From: Camelus ferus
Taxonomy: Eukaryota
Direction of reading: 5' to 3'
NCBI RefSeq assembly: GCF_009834535.1
Contig: NC_045696.1
Location: 40,302,001-40,366,000 of the forward strand
Length of the DNA: 64,000 nt
Shown: piece after piece, positions 53,160 to 64,000 of the stretch
How the letters are laid out: every line of letters begins with the position of its first letter
Numbering within the stretch: position 1 is the stretch's first letter
Program-made: the position numbers and the translations under genes
The notes under the pieces: generated by a model
Seen by the model: the letters and a program-made list of their open reading frames with translations, nothing else
What the model was told of the DNA's origin: nothing
The model's database searches: none

Positions 53160-53520
53160 TGCCGCCCTTACATCCTCCCAACCTTTCTCAAAGACAAGGC
53201 TGCTGGCGATGTGTGGTGAGCAGGAATCTGACGCAGCACTGAGCAAGTTCCGTCCCAGAACTGGAAACTAAAAGGATGCCAGAGGCCTCAAGACAGACAG
53301 TCTGTGGTCGGGAACATAACTCGGGAGGAGTGGCTGTCCCTAATTCCTCATTTCTCCTTCATCGCCGCGTCTCCGTTCCTCAGCCTCCCGTCCAAAGTTC
53401 AGACATTCGCTCCTCTCACTTGGCCCGTTGACTTGTCTCACCAGAAAATCACCAGCTTGAATTATTCTGATGATAAAACCTTCCGCCTGAAGCTAGAGCC
53501 TACTTCCTCCGCCCATCTTT
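53160..53520. promoter_or_regulatory. CpG-retaining promoter/enhancer-like patch
   Basis: 15 CpG in 360 bp of apparently non-repetitive DNA. Adjacent ETS and GC-box motifs 'acttcctccgccc' at 53502-53514. Confidence 0.45.
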
Positions 53521-54049
53521 GATCTCTGTAGAATTTTTCTTTTTTGGAAAAACCATACTGGCAAGCACACCACACTCCTTCCACATACTTGAGATTTTAC
53601 AGTGGCTTTTTTGGAACTCCGTGGTGTTTTACATGTCAGTCGATCTCTGCTGGAGAGAGCAGCACAAAGACCTGTTGACACCTCACGGCAGAATTTCACA
53701 GAATGTTCTAGGAAGAGATAATTTTCTAATTATACCACCAAATTCTGCTTAGGAAGACATTTTCCAACCACTCCGTTTTCAGTAGTGAGAACAGTCTGAG
53801 GGTGAAATCAGACCCGGGGTGCATACTTTCCTTTCCTTTCTCTCTGTTTTTTTTTTTCCCCTCTATTGGTATTAGGAAGTATTGCCTGGTAAACTGGGTC
53901 TTGCTTTCCATATGCTCACCTGAGAATGCAACCCCAAGGAAACGTTACTTTCGTCTGACCAACACATGGGAGTGAGGGAACTAGGAATCTTTCCTTTCAC
54001 CCACCAGGTTTAGGGCCCCCAGAGGAACGTGGCGCCTCATTTTATGTTC

Positions 54050-54512
54050 CCTTTGCTCCATCCCTAACACATTTCTTTTCTGCTTTTGTCTGCCTGGACA
54101 GCTCTTCATCCAACCATCAGCTAGAAAGGCAACTCTCATCCTTAAAACCTTGTTTGAGCTTCAATTCTGAAGGCAGCCTTTCCTGACCCACTACATGAGT
54201 GTTTTCAAAGTGTGCCCTGTGGACCACCTGCATCATAACGATTAGAGCCTAGAAAACTGCATTGTTACAAAGTCCCAGGAGATTCCTATGCACCTGAAAG
54301 TTTGAAACCTAGCTCTATGCTGGTTAATTCAATGCTCTATCCTCCCATAGCCCCTGTCCACACCCTCATGATAGTGGTAAGTGACTTGTTTAATATCTCT
54401 TCTCTATATCAGCTCATGATATTCATCAGGTCAGGGACATAGCTGAGTTTTAAGGCCTTAGCACTTTAGAGCTTATAGGAGATGCTCATTAAATATTTAT
54501 TGAACTGAACTG
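54050..54512 (+). mobile_element. L2 3' end interrupted by a MER5-like element (~54197-54312)
   Basis: L2 'gcctttcctgaccc' ... 'ctcattaaatatttattgaactgaactgaa'. Insert 'gtgttttcaaagtgtg...ggagattcctatgcacctgaaagtttgaaac'. Confidence 0.75.
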
Positions 54513-57500
54513 AAACAAATCAATTTTTCAGAATCATTTTTTTAAAGAAGCCTCAATTTCTGGAGTTAATCTATTTCCATTTTTAACAGAAAGTGGTAAA
54601 GCAATTAAAACAAGTGTATATGAAGAATTTAGTCAAAACCCAGAACCCACAGAATGCTCGTGTGTCTTTCCATATTGAATCTGACCTTGCAGCCATCTTT
54701 TTGACCTGTGTGAATTCTGTGAATGTACTGAATAGAAACAGAGGTATTGGTGGTGGTTAATAATTAATTATGCCCAGAAGATGAGTCTTTTGTTGTAATA
54801 TTTTTTGAAAGATTTTCAAGAATAAAGCTTAAAACACAGAGAATTTTTATATCAAAATTCAACTGAAGAAAAACAGTGGTACATAAGAAAATACATCCCT
54901 TTTAATCACACACCCAGCTCCCTTCTCATGTGTGAGGAGAGCTTGACTATTTAACTCACTAAAAAGGTTATATTCAGACAGAAAATTCTGGGTTATTTGT
55001 TAAACTGAAAAAAAAGAAAAAAGAAAAAAGATGACCTAGGAATCCCAGAGCTAAGCACTGTCATCTATGAAACTGGGATACTTCCCAGACTTCAGTTGGG
55101 CTACTCCCCAAATATTCTCTGTCCTTACCTCACCCAAAGAACAGTGGCATGCACTGGGGGAGGACCAGGTTATGAGGGGGAAAGTCACAGTTCATAAAAT
55201 AAAACAGCTCTGTTATCTCCATGTATTCTCCAGGCACCAATAGAAGTATTTAATACAGAAAAATAACAAAATTATACCTATTTTAAGGACTCCAGTTATG
55301 TCCAAATAAAAGGGATGTTGTTAAACTAAATTACATTTTCTGTGCCCCATAAACAAATTCCAAAAAGCACTAAATGAACTGAAGCCGAGGAAACGCAAGT
55401 ATAAAGGAAGAGGTTTTCACTGACCTTTCAAGAGTTTAATCCACATGGTCAGTTACTGTCAGGAGGAGTGGTCAGTCCATTGACTTCCAACAGTAATGTC
55501 TGTGCCCTGCACAGGTATGATGACATTTGTACCAGGCATGGGTATTATTATCATTATTATTATTATTCCTGTTTTATATGTGAGATGACAGAGTTAGAGA
55601 CAGTAAGTAACTAGCCCACAATCTCACAAATGGCAAGTGGTGAAGTTAACATCTGGGCTGTATGTATTCAGGGCCCATGCTGCCTGTGCTGTTAAAATCT
55701 GGAAACTTCTGCTATTACGTCATAATTCTTAATGAACTGGGCAAATGTGAGGTAGAAAAAAATACTGTATCTTCTTATGTAATTTCTGGCCCCACTCCAG
55801 AGCTTTAACTAGGAGATGAAATTCACCCTTTTGGAACTCTATGTGGGTACCAAATGTGTCCTCAAACCAGAAATGATGAAGGGGAGGGTCCCAAGAAAGT
55901 CTGGCTGCCCTGGGCAAATTATTATGAAAATTATAAGACTCTTTTCTGGACTTATTTTTTTCCAATTGCAAATCTTTACAGTGATCAGGCATTGCTTTTT
56001 CAATTCATTATCTCACATATGAAATCACTGCCTTTTCTGGTTTAGGACTGAGAGCAATTGGTTTAGCCTTCGGACTTTGAGAAAAACAACAATAACAAAA
56101 AGAGAGAAAGCAAAGAGAAAACTGTGATGGTTCTTCAGTAGTTACATAAAAATGGAATTGAATTATGGTCTGAAAATGCGGGGAAGTGAGTCACTTTAAT
56201 AGCAACAAGTGTAATAGTCATCATATGATTAATTGTTTTGTTTTCAGCCTTCTGAAAACCCTCTCTCTTCTCTTCTCAAAACCCTTCCCCCCTTTTCTTT
56301 CTTTTTTCAAAACTCCTGGGATTTTTTTGCACATCTGCAAAACCAATGTCAGTTCCAGGTTCCTATTCTGGTATTGAACCAATCTGGCTTCCAGGCTCAG
56401 AGAAGGAAGCCAGTTCTCACCAGACAAACAAATGAGGTGACCTAATACCTGGGGGAGGTGGGGGTGGCGCCCCTGACTGATAAATGGCAGAGAACTTCAG
56501 GCCTGTCTGGTTCTAGACCACTGACAAACTGAACCACATCAGAGGTTAGAGGCAATTGATGGGGTCATGAAAAAACAGGTGAATTTTATTTCAAGTAGAG
56601 GGAGAGAATATGGGATAAAGAGAATTATAAGACTAAGCTAAGTAGCATGTTCTTTTTTAACAGAATGTGTTTAAGGAAAAAATCAGCAAAGTAGGGATAA
56701 TATTTTCTACCCGTCTATCTCCTTAATGATGATTTATGTCTCCAAACTGAGGCTGGTTCAAAAAAACTTTTTTTGATGCTATCAATAAATAGAAGTAATA
56801 TTCTCAGTTAGTAGCTTTTCTTTCCACTAATAAAAATACTTGAGCTTGTCAGATTTTTGTTGACCTCTGTTAAATTCATGTAAATTTGGAATTGAACAAA
56901 ATACAAAATCTATACTTTGGAAAGGGACAAAGTTGTACTTTGGAATGAGAAAATTTAAAAGGTTAGGAGAGGATGCACTTAGGACCATTTGGGGCCAAAA
57001 CCAAAATCAGATCTTGTTAACCCCACCACCAACCATGAAGAAAAACTAAGTTATTTGTGACTAGTCAACTGGTACTTTCTTGGAGGAAAAAGATCCCAAA
57101 CTATTCCTGGAAACTCTACTTCTCTAACAAGATGGCATTTTTGTGAATTGAGGGTAAAGGCATGACCAACATATGGAGTACACTTCTCTTGTAACACTGC
57201 TCTGTTTAAAATTGAGGGAAAAACTGCTTGGCAAGGTACTGGCCCAGCCAATGGCAAAAGTCATTTCAGTTTATCCTGATTCCCTTCCGTGGTCCACCTC
57301 CCAGCCTGCCGGACATCCGGGTCCATGATTTATAAGACTTTAATTGAAAACCAGGCAGCTGAAGATGCCTAGAGAACACAGCTCTCCTTGGCATGGGAAA
57401 CACTGCACTGCCTTTTGCCCCATGTCTGCAGAGATGATGTAAGGGAAAAGATTTCAAGATTTTCCAGAAACAAGGTGGATTTCAAAGAGCATCGGAAGTG

Positions 57501-57789
57501 AGTTTTTTTTTGAAGGACTGCCTAGTCTAAGGAAGACCTCACAGAACTGGGTTCTTTCCAAAGGTAGAGTGATTCCCCAACTCAGTTTGCCCAGGTCTCT
57601 CCTGGTTTTGACCCTGAACGTTCAACATCTCCAGAAACCCCTCCTTCCATGCAAACTGGGACACCAATATTGGTCACCCCAAAAGGAGATTTTGGATGCC
57701 TCTGTGGCTCAAACGTTGAGAAAGAAAAGTCCTAGTGATACTGAGGACAACTTGTCCAATGTGAACAAGGGAGGAAATAGAAATAAAAA

Positions 57790-58050
57790 CTCTGATCATA
57801 GCAGCTACCATTCATAGAGCCCTTGTTTTGTTCCAGGTCTCTGCCATGCGCTTTGCAGACGTTATTTCAGTTAACTCCAATTACAGCCTTGAAAGTTACT
57901 TCTTCTTCATATTGTCCCCATTTTATAGATAAGGAAACTGAGGAACAGAGAAATTCAGGTAACTTGCCCAAGTTGACACAGACAGTAAGGAGAGAGCCAG
58001 AAGGAATATCACAAGGTACATCAAACTCAACCAAGAGTGATCCGTTCACT
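57790..58050 (-). mobile_element. MIR SINE
   Basis: 'cccattttatagataaggaaactgagg...aggtaacttgcccaagttgacacag'. Confidence 0.85.
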
Positions 58051-59371
58051 TTCCACCACTCAAAGTCTTCTCATACTCCATGAACAGCCTATTGAAGCTT
58101 TTAAGATGGAATTAGAACAGCGCCTATTTCTTCTTTGTTTGCTATCCCAGGAACTTGCTAGATGCCAGATGCTCCCCCAAGAAACAGACTAAGGAAGAGA
58201 GAAACCAGTAAAGCTGACGCTTGTTAAATGGCAATTGGTTTAGCACCTCCTAACACAGAATCCACAAGCTCCTATGGAATAAGGCTAGGAACTCTTACAG
58301 CAAAGTTACCTGCATCCTGCCTAAGACCTTCAGTGCCTTCTCTCCAAAGCATTCCTGCAGTCGCTGATCCTAGGCACTGGGCAACTTCTCGTGAGCTAAG
58401 CACCTTGCCAGACGACTGCCCAGAAGCCCTATTTAATCCCTCCCTCGAGGAGCATTGGTGGTGTTTGAATAAAGTTGCCACTGTAATTGCTTGACTTACC
58501 GTTTAAGCATATTACAGGCTCTGGGAGAGGATTTGTGAAGAAAATACTATTAAAACAAATGTTAACAGCGTTCTATTGAAAGACAAAGGGTATAGTTGCA
58601 CAGGAGGAGACAACTTGCCCCAGACTGGCCACTAGAGGATTTGTCTTATGGAGAGAAGCTGTTTTATTCAATTTGGTTTCCTGTATAAAAATAAGAATGC
58701 TGGGAGCTTGTGGCTCTGATGAGGGGGGAGGAGAAACGGATGGCCTGGATGTATCTCCAGGTTAACACTTAAAATGAGGCAAATGGAAAACACATCCAAC
58801 TGGGAGTCTAACCATAATACATTTGGATGACAAATTCAGACTTTCACATTTTAACTGAGAGCCCCTGACATATATCTCTCCCTGGACACGTCTGAAAACA
58901 CATCTATTTTCGGCTAGTGAGCCAGAGACCACCACCACACAATTGCGGTTGTAATGCAAGTAGCTCTGTCTTTTTTTGTATCCAGACCATCTGTTTTCAA
59001 CTTAGTGCTTCCTAAAGGACTTCCTAAAGCTTGACCCACCTCAGTGTAAAATGACATTCTTTTTCCCCCAAGGGCACCCTTCACCAGGAAAGTAAAGCAT
59101 TTAGGACCAGCTGGCTAGAAGGAAGCAGTTTCTAAACTCAATCCCATAAACTTTCCAGATTCTCAGGAAACAGATGACTGACTCATGGAGCTCTTGATGT
59201 AGGTGCCTAGTGATTCCTAAAATTTCCACAGACATAACAATGAAATGGAATTTATCTGAGAAACTGACCTTTGTTCTGGGGCTATTACAACTTAAATACA
59301 CTTCTGCATCCTAATGGCCACCTGTATGCAGCTCCCTTTATGTTTACTAGCAATAGTCCCAGGGATCTGTT

Positions 59372-59732
59372 TCCATCCATCCATCCATCATCCACGTCTC
59401 CAACCATCCATCCATTCATTCATTTATTCAACAAATACTTGAGCATGATTTTTGCCTCTGGGAGTACAGCAAAGAACAAGACAGACAAAGTTCAAGAGTG
59501 CTCACAGGGAGAACATTTAAGAGATTGTTAGAGCAAACAAATGAGAGATGGTGGCTTAGACTAGTAGTGGAGACAGTGAGAGGTGAATATTTCAGTGATC
59601 CTTTTAAAGATAGAGCTGACAAGTCTTACGATGGTTTTAGATACTAAGAAATAAGATACAGAGGAGAATCAAGAATGACTGTGAAGTACTGGGCTTAAGC
59701 CATTGGGTAGGTGGTAGTGCCATTTTCTGAGA
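59372..59732 (-). mobile_element. L2 3' end with (ATCC)/(ATTC) tail
   Basis: 'catccattcattcatttattcaacaaatacttgagc...gaggagaatcaagaatgact...ggtagtgccattttctgaga'. Confidence 0.8.
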
Positions 59733-61779
59733 CTGGCTGCCTATGAATAATCCTAATCCAGGAGGTAGAATGAGTCCTGTTAATTGTTCTTTATTTGATT
59801 CCGTGTTTTCTTGAGATACAAGAGGCTATTCATGCTTTTGGCCCTTGGCATATGTAATGACAGCTTTCCAATGCAACCCTTTTCTTCATCTATCTCAAAG
59901 CAAGCAAAAATTTGTTGGAACCAGAGATATGTAAACAGTTAGCAAAGAGAAAATAATTTTCAGGATCTGAGAAAATGAAAGAATGAACAAAGGCTTGCAT
60001 TCTGATTTTGCAGTCATCCTTTGCTCCTTGAAACGAGTAACTTGATTAAGTCATTAGAAAATGGGAATGCTGAAAATAGGGTTAGGGTGGGGACCTAAAA
60101 TATTGACTCTCTAGAATCATCTGCAAAGATTAGTGGACTCCTGGAGATTGCTTCTCTGAATAGTCTATTGTATTTCCATATTTCAAGGAGTCTATGAGAG
60201 AGAATTAAAAAAGTCTAATGCATTCACTCTAGGGCACTTCTCAGATTGCCTTTATTAAAATAAGAAGACTTTATACTAGTATAACCTCTTTCATCTAAAC
60301 ATGGAAGAATTTGCAATCAGCAAACTTATTACACCGTGATACCCTTTGGCATCTGAATTAAACCTAGTGTGTCAGATGTCAGTTTACCATACCCTGGCAT
60401 ACATAGGTTGATAACTATAGGGCCAGAAGTAACCTGGTATAGAGTAGGGTAATAATTCTCTTAGTAGACTTATTAACTACAACTGGTTGGTGCATGAACA
60501 CATGCAAAATATTTCCCTGAGCATAAGGATTCTCGTGTTGGTTGGGAAGCACCCTGTTCATCTGAATTCCTTTAGCCTGTTGAAAGTTTATCTATCAGAC
60601 CAGCCTCTTGAATAAGCACCGAGGGAATTTCACTAGAAAAAATTACTTCTAAGACAAACATTCCATCAGAATCATTAGAACCAAAATGCAAATTTATTAA
60701 CTCCATGAAAATAATGCATTGATCCTTTTAATAATACTGACAGTGGAGTTTTTATATGCACGCTCTAAAATGTGCCGCAAGAAGAAAGCTTATTAAATAA
60801 TAAGCATTTCAATCAGCATATCTTGTCAACAATGCTGGAAAAAATAGAAACCCAGACAGAAAATGTAGTAAGTAGGTTGCCTTTCTGTCACACCAGATGA
60901 CTCACCTCCCCCCACCAGAAGCCCTCTCAATGGCACAAGTCACAATGCAGTCAGTGCTCAGCGTTTCTTTGCATGACATTTGAATTTAGGAAAAAGAGTG
61001 TTTTGCTAACCCCTTGGTGCTGAATGTTTGACCTTAAAGCTTATTGTTTGCTTCTTTTTTGTCTCAATCCTCATGACTACAAATGCTATTATTAGTCATA
61101 AGATTGTTCAGTCCCTTTTAAATTCCATCCATGGTATTTGACTCTCTGGCCTAAACATAATAGGGAATTCAAAATCCTAATTATTTCTAAGGGGCCTGAT
61201 TCTTTCAACTTTCCTATGCGCTCCAACTTTTCCCAGCTATATATGGAACCAGGACCTATGTTGGGTTTTAGTAATGTATGCCAGTGTATGCCCCTGAATC
61301 CTTCACTGAACAAGGAAAGATTACTAGTAAAAAATGCACAGATTTGTGTGTGGACAGCCCTGGAACTGAATCTCAGTATTCTACTGGTAAGTCAGGTAAC
61401 TCTGGGAAGGCCATCAAATCTCTGTTTTGCATAATAAACAGAAGATACTATTTACATGAAGTGCTATTATATAAATGATACATGTATCATGTAATGTTCT
61501 TGGCACAAAGCAAGCATTCAGTAAATAGCATATATTATTCATTACCATCACTCCACTTATATAAAGGTGGGAAGGAACTGACTGAACACTATTTTCCATT
61601 TCAGCCTATCCCTGGCAAGGCTTATTTCAGCCTTAAAATCTTTGATCTCGTGACTGGACTGTTCATGGCCACACAAAGGCATGACATACCTCTTAAAACA
61701 ATCCATTTCAGAGACATTCAGGCTGTTAGTTGAGTTTAGTCTGAAAAATCTACCCTAGTTTATCCATCATAAAAGATCA

Positions 61780-61886
61780 TGTGGATGCAAAAATTACTAT
61801 GTATAAAATAGATAAACAGCAAGGTCTTACCATATAACACAGGGAACTATATTCAGTACCTTGTAGTAGCCTATAATGAAAAAGTG

Positions 61887-61923
<37 letters not shown>

Positions 61924-62012
61924 ACACACATATAAATGTGTAACTGAATCACTATGCTGTACACCAGAAATTAACACATTGTAAACTGACTATATTTCAA
62001 TAATAAAAAAAA
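61780..62012 (+). mobile_element. Young 5'-truncated L1 3' end with internal (CA)n
   Basis: 'aaaatagataaacagcaaggtc...cagggaactatattcagtaccttgtag...aactgaatcactatgctgtacaccagaaattaacac'. (CA)n at ~61890-61930. Confidence 0.9.
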
Positions 62013-63444
62013 TTTCTTTTTAAATCATAAAGTCACAAGTCTTACAGCTTAAAGTATCATTGGAAATCATATGGTCAAACTATTATTTACAGATGTGAAA
62101 ACTGAGTCCTAACTAAAACAAGTGGCTTTCACAAGGTCATGCAACTTAATGATGAGCTGACATCAGAAGAGGGCCAAGTCCCAATTAGGTTTATAACCTA
62201 AAACCTCTTCTACTCCAGAGATAACCATCTCTGATACTTTTTAACTAATATCAGTCTTTCAGAGAGCTTGGCTTGCCCAGTATTACCAGCGATAAATTTG
62301 GGATAGATCATTTTTTGTGGATGGAATCGCCCAATACAAATATTCTCTATAAGCTCACCTAGCTCTAAATATTTGATTATTGCTCTATGTATTATTCAAG
62401 GATACCCTTCACTACATGGATACATATTGCTTCAATCTCCAAAATGTTTCTTCTCTTCTAGCAAGACCAGTCTATTTATGATCCCACAAATGTTTATTCC
62501 ACTGACAAATCTTCCCCTTATGCAAAATGATCTCCCTCTCCTTTATATTTATGCAACTCCTATTCACTCTGCAAGACCTAGTGTTCTATCTTCCCTCACT
62601 TGTCTGACCTCATGAATATTCCTTTCTTCTGAACTCCCACAGCCCACAAGGCTAGTCCACAAGCAGAGAACACACTTATTACTGGTATAGTGTTCTCCCC
62701 ATTGTTTCTTATGTACATTTCATCTTCCCAATTAGATTTATGGCCCCTTGAAGACAAGTATCACGGCTTTAGGCTTTCAAATCACAGTGGAGCAGAACGG
62801 TGTGATGGAGGCATTCAGAGCAGGTATTCAGTTCACACTCAGTTGACTGGGCAGCGGGGTGGAAAAGAGAACATTGTCTTGTTTCTTTAACCATTCTCGA
62901 TTAACTTCTGAGACTCCACAAAGCTAATACAAAAACTTAACGTTAGTTTGACTGATGTTTTGAACTAACTAGAATTAACTGGGGAGGGCAGGAAAGGATG
63001 GCAGACAGGCTGCTTCTAGTCCCATCCTACAATCTTTTCTTTGAAATGTAGAGAAAATCCACTTGAGACATCCCAGGTGGCTGATAGCTGTTTTTAAATT
63101 AGGTCTTCACTTCTGCAGCATCAATTTCTGGCAGTAAGTCTGCTCTTAGAAGTGAATCTTTTTTTCTGGGGTAAGAAAAGTTTTATTGAATTCATGTGAT
63201 GAAAGATGAAACTCTACGAGCCAAAATTAGTTTAAAAAAATCAACTGCATACTTACTTGTACCAGAATGCTTCAGCTTCCACATAAGCATGAAGTGACAT
63301 GGGCATGTCTTAGGAAAAGATTTCTTATCCTAGCTTCTTTTCCTTTAGCATGTATTTATTAAGTGCACCACGACAATAGCAAAAATGATCACAATGACAA
63401 AATATGAAGTATTAAATAAACACAATTAAAAAGTTAAGAATCCA

Positions 63445-63627
63445 AACAACAATGTCCTACCTACAAGGTCCCTATAGCATAGGGAACTATATTCAACAGT
63501 TTGTAGTAAACTGTAATGGAAAAAAAAATATATATATATATATATAAATAACTGAATCACTATGCTGTACACCAGAAATTAATACATTATAAATCAACTA
63601 TACTTCAATCTTAAAAAATGTTTTAAA
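63445..63627 (+). mobile_element. Young 5'-truncated L1 3' end with TSD
   Basis: Same family as 61780-62012. TSD aaaaagttaagaatcca (63428-63444) / aaaaagttaagagtcca (63628-63644), preceded by TT (canonical TT|AAAA site). Confidence 0.92.
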
Positions 63628-63644
63628 AAAAAGTTAAGAGTCCA

Positions 63645-63870
63645 GATTCAAAAGTCCATCCAGGTTTGAATTCTGGGTTCATAACTTGGTAACTGTGTGG
63701 GCAAGTTGCTTAATATTTCTCTGTCTTACTTTCCACACCTATAAGTAGGAAAAATAATAGAACTAACTCAGAGATTTATTGTAAGGATTACAATGAGATA
63801 CTGCATGAAAAAACTGTAAATATGCAGCCCACTGTAAGCATTCACTCAATGTTAGCTATTTATCATTGCT
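63645..63870 (+). mobile_element. MIR SINE
   Basis: 'caggtttgaattctgg...gggcaagttgcttaat...ttgtaaggattacaatgagata...ctcaatgttagctatt'. Confidence 0.82.
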
Positions 63871-64000
63871 AGTATTATCATTATTAAGTTCTTATAATAA
63901 GTCAGGAACTGTGCTGAATAGTTTATATATATTTTAGCAGATATAAATTTTGTAAAAATTTGTGAGTATATTCACCAATATGCTTCAAACACCAAGAGGA

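Noticed and set aside
53466..53492. C/D box snoRNA (TGATGA...CTGA)
   Set aside because: The boxes are only ~13 nt apart, far too short for a snoRNA.
1..64000. Short ORFs in the six-frame track as cellular genes
   Set aside because: All are at most 144 aa, many start at non-ATG codons or lie in repeats, and none resembles a protein I recognise apart from L1 ORF1/ORF2 remnants.

Overview
AT-rich, CpG-poor mammalian non-coding DNA (intron or intergenic). Two tRNA-derived SINEs match the camelid Vic-1 type, so the source is probably a camelid. I recognise no cellular protein-coding exon or RNA gene. The only recognisable peptides in the ORF track are decayed LINE-1 ORF1/ORF2 remnants. Most interpretable sequence is transposon-derived: L1 of several ages, L2, MIR, CR1/L3, MaLR LTRs, MER5, MER20, MER33 and a Tigger1 derivative, plus microsatellites. 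I find no support for a new biological system. The best observations are mechanistic or regulatory: a 5'-intact, 3'-truncated L1 with an apparent target-site duplication (TSD), a TSD-flanked chimera of two L1 ends, a short locally templated insertion inside a MIR, a CpG-retaining promoter-like patch near 53.3 kb, and several compact transcription-factor motif clusters. Repeat family names come from recalled consensus sequences, and boundaries without a TSD are approximate.
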